Source of the DNA: Lepidodermella squamata
Taxonomy: Eukaryota > Animalia > Gastrotricha
Length of the DNA stretch: 64,000 bases
Direction: 5' to 3'
NCBI GenBank assembly: GCA_047495785.1
Contig: JBLDXI010000036.1
Location: 806,001-870,000 of the forward strand
Shown: positions 57,402 through 64,000 of the stretch, piece by piece
Layout: every line of letters starts with the position of its first letter
Position numbering within the stretch: the stretch's first letter is position 1
The notes under the pieces: model-generated
The model's database searches: none
What the model was told of the DNA's origin: nothing
The model's input: the letters and a program-made list of their open reading frames with translations, nothing else
Made by a program: the position numbers and the translations under genes

Positions 57402-59960
57402 ATGAGAAGCTTTATGTTAACAGTTTTACTCATTTTGCCCGCATTTGTTAGCCTGGCATCAGGTCAAGTCTTCAAGCGATGCTTCCAGGTGACCAACAAC
57501 GCGTTCACAACGTGCCGCGATAACAACCCTACCTGCGATCCTATCACCGAGTATCAGGTATTTTTCGACATTTATTATAATTTATTAGGTCTTAATTTTA
57601 GCGGAAAAACATTTTACGAATTTCAATGGGCCCAGGCTTCCGATTTTTCGCCACTAGACCACGCTCAGTGGCAAGCACATCAAATCATCCCTTATTAAAA
57701 CCGCTGCGAAAAGGGGTAGGGTAGTTTATCGGCGTACACTTTTAAGACCTAGTGAAGACGATCAGGTTTTTTGTTACTTTTTCCGTTCTCTTCCCTGAAT
57801 CCCATGATTCTCATTCTAATCAAAGCCAATTTCCAATTGCCAATAATGTACAATGATTTGATATCTGTCTAGAATGAAGTTAAACGGAGACCTAAAACTA
57901 AAATGTCTTCCATTTGGAAAAAAACAGCGAATCGCCGAAAAATCGGCTCGCTTCCCTCGCATTCTAATCCAATTTAATAATTTTTTGTTTTCGTATTTTT
58001 AGCAATCAAAAATTTACAGTAAGTACTCCCCTAACGCAGCGTCAAAGACTTGAGGCTTTTTAAGGTCTGGGAAAGGACGTCTGTGTTTTACGTAACTCGA
58101 TAACGGTGCATGATACAAATATATGGTTTTCAGATTTGGAATCAGTGAAAAAAGTTACACTGGAAACCAATCAGAGAATAATTGTCCTTAATCGATATCT
58201 TGGGTCAGGTTTATACGGGTTAATCGTGCTCTAAATAACTTGGCGAATTTTGCTACTTCGAAGAGCTAAGCGAGAAAATATCTAACAATTGCAAAATCAA
58301 ATTCACGTACCCATTTTTTAGATTTTTTTCTCAGTGGCAGACACTTTCAGGTCGGAGGACTGAATGGGCGTAGAAATACAAGGCATTTATCAATTATTTA
58401 TCAATAATAAATTGTTCATTCATAGTGGGGTCCCTTGTTCCGAGATCTGGCAACGTGTCGATCGGGGGTAAGATACGTGAAATTCGGGCCTTGCTCCTCC
58501 TTCATTAAATTCAAAACATAGAATGCTAAAATGTGCTACAAATATGGCGCCCTAACAACACGGTGCAATCCAGGCCTTGGCAACTGCAAATTGACAGGCG
58601 AGCCAGTTACCGATAGAGAAATTGAGGTAAATTTCCGGTCTTCGCTCAATTTCTATTCCTATGTTTACTATTTTTCAATTCCAGCTTAATTGGTACAGGG
58701 CCAACTTATTAAAAGACAGCTTGGCCGCTTGCAATAATGCGAGATCGAAATTCGAGGTAAAAAAGTTTTTCGCCGATTACTTAGCCTTTTTGTGAATTTG
58801 TGATCTTAGAACCAACCTTTCAAGCGATGCACGGACAACGGAGTGGTGAAAACTTGTGTTCCAGCCAACTACACCTGTCCGGAGAACTGGGTTCGATATA
58901 ATTATTAGCTGTTTAGATCTTACTAACGTTTTCTTTTCATTAGCTCGCTTCAACCGGTCGGCCCTATGCTAATCTCGGCCTCTGCATCTCTGGAACTTCA
59001 CGTGATTTTTTTTCATCTTCCCTTTCACATTGAATCTACCTGTCTCCATAATAGTTCGAGTTCCAGACAGCGAGAAGCCGCACGTTAGGTGCTTCAGCTC
59101 ATCGAACGGGAGCTTCATCGATTGCCGCCTCGAGACAACTGGCTGCCAGGCTGGGGTTGAAACTCGGGAATTTTCCTCTGTTTCGTTCGGCAATAGGGAA
59201 AACTGTCTGAAAGGGGTTCATTTCTTATTCAAATTTCGGCTTCTTCAGCTACTTTTTTCCCACACTAGAGAGCTGTCCAATGTGATACAAGCAAGGGCAA
59301 GCAGTGCTATGGAGTTTATCCGAGTGGAACCCGGGTTTGCAAATCATGTCGACCTGAATTAGTATATTTGCAACAAGTTCGTGATTCTAGATCAAAGTCT
59401 ACGGCAACGCGACGACGTTCAAAGAAAATCACGACGCCTGCAAGCTCGGAGCTACTGTCAACACAAACAATCCGGTATTTGTCATTTTTAAACTATTGGG
59501 CTTTCGGACACGAAAACTGAAGTAAATGTAGAGAGATGAACCATGAACCATTTGATCACGTTCCTTTCAAACATTCCTTGGGCTACCAACTGGCCTAAAT
59601 CTATTATAATTTCTTCTCCGATTGGGCTGGTTCACGCTATTGTTTTCTGTGTTTAGCACAAGCTCTGCACTTATGACCTGATCATGGCAGCTAAATGTGT
59701 TCCAGTAGCTAACGACTGCCCTGCAAACTGGGTAAGTTTCAAAGGTGAAAAATGCGTTTCTTCGGAGTAAATTTTCATCCAGACCACCAATTCAACGTTC
59801 GATTCTGCCGAGCTGTGTGATAAGCGTGAGTCGGTATTACTTTTACTCCAATTCTGAAACTCCACATGTTTTATTAAGAGACCCCTTACGGGCTACCCAT
59901 TGAAACGGTGTACCTACCTCTCATGGACGATGCGAATGACATTAGTGGAAATGGCGTCAA
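57402..59960 (+). CDS. Multi-exon secreted Cys-rich repeat protein (model incomplete, possibly partly disabled)
   Basis: Signal MRSFMLTVLLILPAFVSLASG; short GT-AG exons giving related units FKRCFQVTNNAFTTCRDNNPTC, MCYKYGALTTRCNPGLGNC, FKRCTDNGVVKTCVPANYTCPENW, VRCFSSSNGSFIDCRLETTGC, KCVPVANDCPANW. Confidence 0.5.
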
Positions 59961-60347
59961 TGGAAATGTCACTGGATCATCTTCAATAGACTCTCAGTTT
60001 TATCTACACGGTTAGGGACCGTGCCGAAATAGGCGCATTTTCGGCAGTCGGCGGCAGCAAGTAGCAGCGGATAACAGGCAGCAACAGGCGCGAGTAGTAG
60101 CTCGCATACGACCATAGCGCGCGGCGGCGCGGGGCAGACCCGCGCGCGCGCGTAACCGCCCAGCAGGGTGTGCTCGCAAAACAATGGGACAGTTATGCGT
60201 TCGCGTCGCCTAGTCGTTTCTTAGCATTATTAGAACATGAGCTGATTATTTTAACGTAGCAAGACGAAAAAAGTTAATTTCATTGAATTTTATTGGTAAA
60301 AAACGACCTCATGAACCAACACGAGTTCAATAACAATAATAATAAAA

Positions 60348-62395
60348 TTACAGACTACTGATGTTTGCAGACAAGACAAATCGATTCAGTGGTGTCGATG
60401 TCATCGGTGGCGGCGCCGGCAAGTTGATAGCATGACTAGGATGAAATGGGCGAGCAATTTGAGCCACCGGCCGCTGGCATGATAACGACGTTGGGGTGGA
60501 CACAGAAGGAGTGACAAGCTGCGCGGGACGTTCATCGACCAAAGCAGACGGGGTGACGAGAGTCACAGGAATTTCGGCGGCCGCCGCCTTTTTCGCCGCT
60601 TGCGCTTCGCCTCGCCGGACTTTGGCCAGCGCCGACTCAACAAATGAAGTAGCACAAAGCGATGATGAATCGTCGGCGCAATAACGCATCGACAAACGGG
60701 TGAGTGCTTCCATCGAAGCGTCGCAGGTCAGCAGTTGTTGCGCGTCCGCCATGCTAAGAAATAGATGAAGAAAAAATTATTAAAAATTTCACTTTTGTTA
60801 AAAAAATTTCATTATTTTTCATAATTCTAAAAAAAATAAAGCAAAAAATACATACTTGTTGTCGACTAATTTTGTCAGGACTTCGAACGCGAAGCTGGTT
60901 GCTTCTTTCTTCCTATCGCCGGCGATCAGTGACAGTTCGACCCGAGACAAGCGCGTGGCACCCAGGGCCACTCTTTCGTTGTTAACCGACAAGGACCGCA
61001 GCGTGTCGTCGTCGAGTTGACGTGCGGCGGGCGCGCCGGCCTTGGCCTGCTTACCGGCGGCGGCTTTTACGCGCAGCATCAGCAGCTTCTTGAGTCGAGC
61101 GCGGACGTGCGGCACGACTTTGTCGAGTTGACTGCGCTGCATAACGTCTTGTGTCACGGTGACGCGAAGACTTTTGAGTTCCGGCAGTTGCAAGAAATTT
61201 TTCAACGAGCTGAAAAATAATAAAAAAAAATTAAAATCGGAACAATTATTTTTGTTTGAATATTTTAAATATCTGGTTATTTAGGAGAGAAAACTCACTC
61301 TTTTTTGCTGGCAGCCAATCGACGGCATATTTCGTAGAACAATTCGGAAGGCGATTGCTTCAGCCCTTTCTCCAAATCATCGATGCTCGATGCTGTGAAA
61401 AAAAAATAATATGAATAAAAAATATAAAACCAAAAATCAAAATAAATTAGAAAAATCCGGAATTTTCCTAGGAATGCTAGATGAAAACAATTCTCACCGG
61501 AGATGAAATAGCCGTCGAGCTGAATGTTTGCTGAGCCAGGGAAGTGAGGAAGAACGGGTGCCGGTTGGGCGCGGCGTTCAGTGAGGCGCTCGGCAGTCAG
61601 CTGCGCTTCCGGCTCGACTTCGTCCTCCCAGTCGTAAACAAATGAACCACCGCCGCGCATTGTTGGTAGCGACGTGGCCGCGCCACTTGAGGCGGTGAAA
61701 ATGCGAGGCTGAGTACTGGCAGAAGACGGCGCTGGGCGAGTCGAAAGACGGCGAGGCGAAGGCGAACTGCTCCTGGCCGCACTTGATGACGACGATGACG
61801 ACGACGACGATGATGACGATGATGACGATGATGATGATGCGGCTGACGAGGACGACGACGACCGCGAGAGAGACGACCGAGAGCGGCGAGACTTGAAATT
61901 TGACGACGGCGAGGCATCGTCAGGTCGAGCGCGCTTCCGACCACGTCCAACCGCCGCCAGTGCCTGACCATCAGAGCTAGTGGTGGCATTGAGAACAGTC
62001 TACAAAAAAATAAAATAAACAATATATGTTATTTTTTTTAATTTAATTAAAAAATTTGGAAAAATAAAAAAACAATAAAACCTTGTGCTAACCTGAGGAA
62101 ATGTACCGCGAAGTTGCAAGAATTCAACAGGAGGCCCGGTTTCGCGATCGTCGATTTTCAGGCCATCGGGCAGATCGAGGTAGAAGTTATTCGCCCAGAA
62201 CAAATCGCGGTCGACAAAGCCGAAGCAGTACTTCTCGCCGCGCTCAATTTTCGCGTGAAATTGAACGGCCGTCGGCTGTGGCTCGACGAGACCGCAGTAA
62301 AAGTAGGTTCGCGGCCCTGGCCGTTTATCGCGAACGCAATCGGCAAAACCAACTGCAGAGAGCGTTTTCGTAGATGGGATAAAAGTTCGTGGCAT
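60348..62395 (-). CDS. 5-exon ~552-aa gene: novel N-terminal domain, Ser-rich linker with NLS, possible BEN-like C-terminal domain
   Basis: Exons 62395-62093, 61999-61498, 61392-61299, 61209-60856, 60753-60348 all splice in frame (1659 nt); RGRKRAR; KEATSFAFEVLTKLV helix. Confidence 0.7.
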
Positions 62396-62630
62396 TTTAC
62401 GACTCGAAAGACGAATTTGACTTCAAACTAAAATTTTCTCTGTTTTAAACACCCTGACTTCAAAGCGCGGCCGCCGAACACAGGCACACACCCGCCGTGT
62501 CGAGGATGCAGGTGTGGAACGTTGCGGTTGGGAGCCGATTTCAGAACCGCACCTGTCATTAGCGCACCTGTTGACGGGTCGCTATTTTCGAGGATCCGCA
62601 GTTAAAAAATTAGAATTCTAAAATTCTAAA

Positions 62631-64000
62631 ATGCCGAGAAAACGCCATCTTTTTGAAGATATTCTCGATTCGCCGCGACACTGCTCGAAAATTGAGCGGT
62701 TGTACGACAATATTCTCGACTCGCCGAAGCCCGCCTCTCGTCCGTCCCTGTTCGCCAATATTCTCGACTCGCCGAAGCCCGCCTCTCGTCCGTCCCTGTT
62801 CGCCAATATTCTCGACTCGCCGAAGCCCGCCGGCGACACGGCCCTGTTCGCCAATATTCTCGACTCACCGAAACCCGCCTCTCGTCCGTCCCTGTTCGCC
62901 AATATTCTCGACTCGTCCAATGGCGAATTTGAAAACTCGCCTTTTCATGGCATTCTAGCAGAGCCGTCGTTTGTTATGTCGCCCTTGTATGAAGATATTC
63001 TAGATAAATACGACTGTGAGGTAATTTATTCAATTCATTTTTTATTGAATTTCTCAGATTCATTTAAAAAATTTCTATGATTTGATTAATTTTTAAAAAT
63101 TATAAAAATGTAATTTAATTTTTTTTAATTTATTTATATTTTAAATTATAATAAATTATATTTTAAATTTATTTAAATTTATTTAAATTTTTGATTAATT
63201 TTCAATTTTTCAATTTAATTTTTTTAGTCATTACACTTCTACCTTTCCGACGACCTATCGCTCGATCCTGTTGAAGTAAACAAGTCGAAATCATTGAAGG
63301 CTGGCCGCCGAGCGATTGAAATTGACCAGCCCGGCATTATCGATTGCATTCTGAATCTTGTTGAGCGCAAGCACGCCATGGTCGCCGCGAATAAGCGTCA
63401 CGGTGATGATGCTGCAGCTGGTGTTACGCTCGATGAATGCGTTGAAGAGTGTCAGCTGAACGGTTTTAAGTGCAGCCGCTCTTCCGTTTATCGACTGTTT
63501 CCGGCTTCTAACAAGAAACACAAGAATTCTGCGAAGACGCATCGCGCTGTCATTGGTTTGAAGTTACGGCCCAAGCGCTGCGATCTGCGAAAAGGCGATG
63601 AAAAACTCGATCATCATCGGAATGCGCGCATGACGTACCTCGACGAGTTGATGCTGCAGTTTCCTGATGACTTCACCTTTTTTAGCTGCGATAACAAAAA
63701 CTCGATCGTCGTTGGTGACACGTGCGTGACCAAGTTGTGCCAAAACAAGTACTACTACTTCGAAGGTGAACAGCCGAATTTGCCCGACCACAACTTTCCG
63801 GCTGATAAACACCTGAAAATTGTCCCCGCCGGCTACGAAAGACGCGAGCAGCCGTACGTGAGCGATTCTGGCCGCGTCAAGTGGCGCAACGCGGAGGTCG
63901 TCGTCGTAAACCGGTGCCGGCTTTTCAACGAGTGCGGCATAGCTGATCACGTGAGTGACCTCGCCACTCATGCCCTGAAAAATTCGCCCCGCGGAGGCGC
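62631..64000 (+). CDS. Zator-like (TP36-related) transposase, 5' part
   Basis: Exon 62631-63020 and exon from 63228, open to window end: SRSSVYRLFP...AKTH, FFSCDNKNSIVVG, LPDHNFP...KIVPAGY. Confidence 0.75.
62709..62915 (+). repeat. ~4.3 x 48-bp coding repeat (NILDSPKPASRPSLFA)
   Basis: aatattctcgactcgccgaagcccgcctctcgtccgtccctgttcgcc units in transposase exon 1. Confidence 0.9.

Larger units (their letters stand above)
60015..64000 (+). mobile_element. Zator-like DNA transposon (runs off window) carrying two divergent genes
   Basis: Composition shifts to GC-rich exons and AT-rich introns after tta|GGGACCGTGCC (TWA target and GG terminus are Zator traits); transposase on plus strand. Right TIR is outside the window. 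Confidence 0.6.

Noticed and set aside
61597-62022. His/Arg-rich 141-aa ORF
   Set aside because: Alternative frame of the poly-Ser exon; splice phases select the Ser frame.

Overview
Eukaryotic (animal-type) genomic DNA with short GT-AG introns, mostly 50-90 nt. I cannot name the organism from the sequence. Ordinary genes: a rhodopsin-class GPCR, two intronless class C/GABA-B-type receptors (one with a single frameshift) plus a decayed third, an NRF-6-like acyltransferase, an ankyrin gene or gene pair, a ~2880-aa SH3BGR-family gene, a PAN-domain protein and a secreted Ly6/three-finger protein. Mobile elements: a Ginger2/TDD-like integrase element, an intact Sola1-like element, a two-gene Zator-like element and several MITEs. 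The main discovery, largely missed by the ORF track, is a dispersed and tandem family of 12 two-exon 'MAKL' peptide-precursor loci (about 7 intact, the rest damaged or fragmentary). Each has a conserved 10-12 codon first exon, a phase-0 intron inside the signal peptide and hypervariable mature peptides; many have acidic EAE...EEAR-type spacers. Most mature peptides are built from a two-Cys C-x3/4-G-x2-G-x-[WVLF]...C module; one gene carries repeated SISGRRPRR units instead. Seven copies share a 3'UTR hairpin, and several share promoter motifs including an 18-bp palindrome. Together with neighbouring small Cys-rich secreted genes this looks like a venom/antimicrobial/secretory peptide island under birth-and-death evolution (function is inference). 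All spliced models and translations were done by hand.
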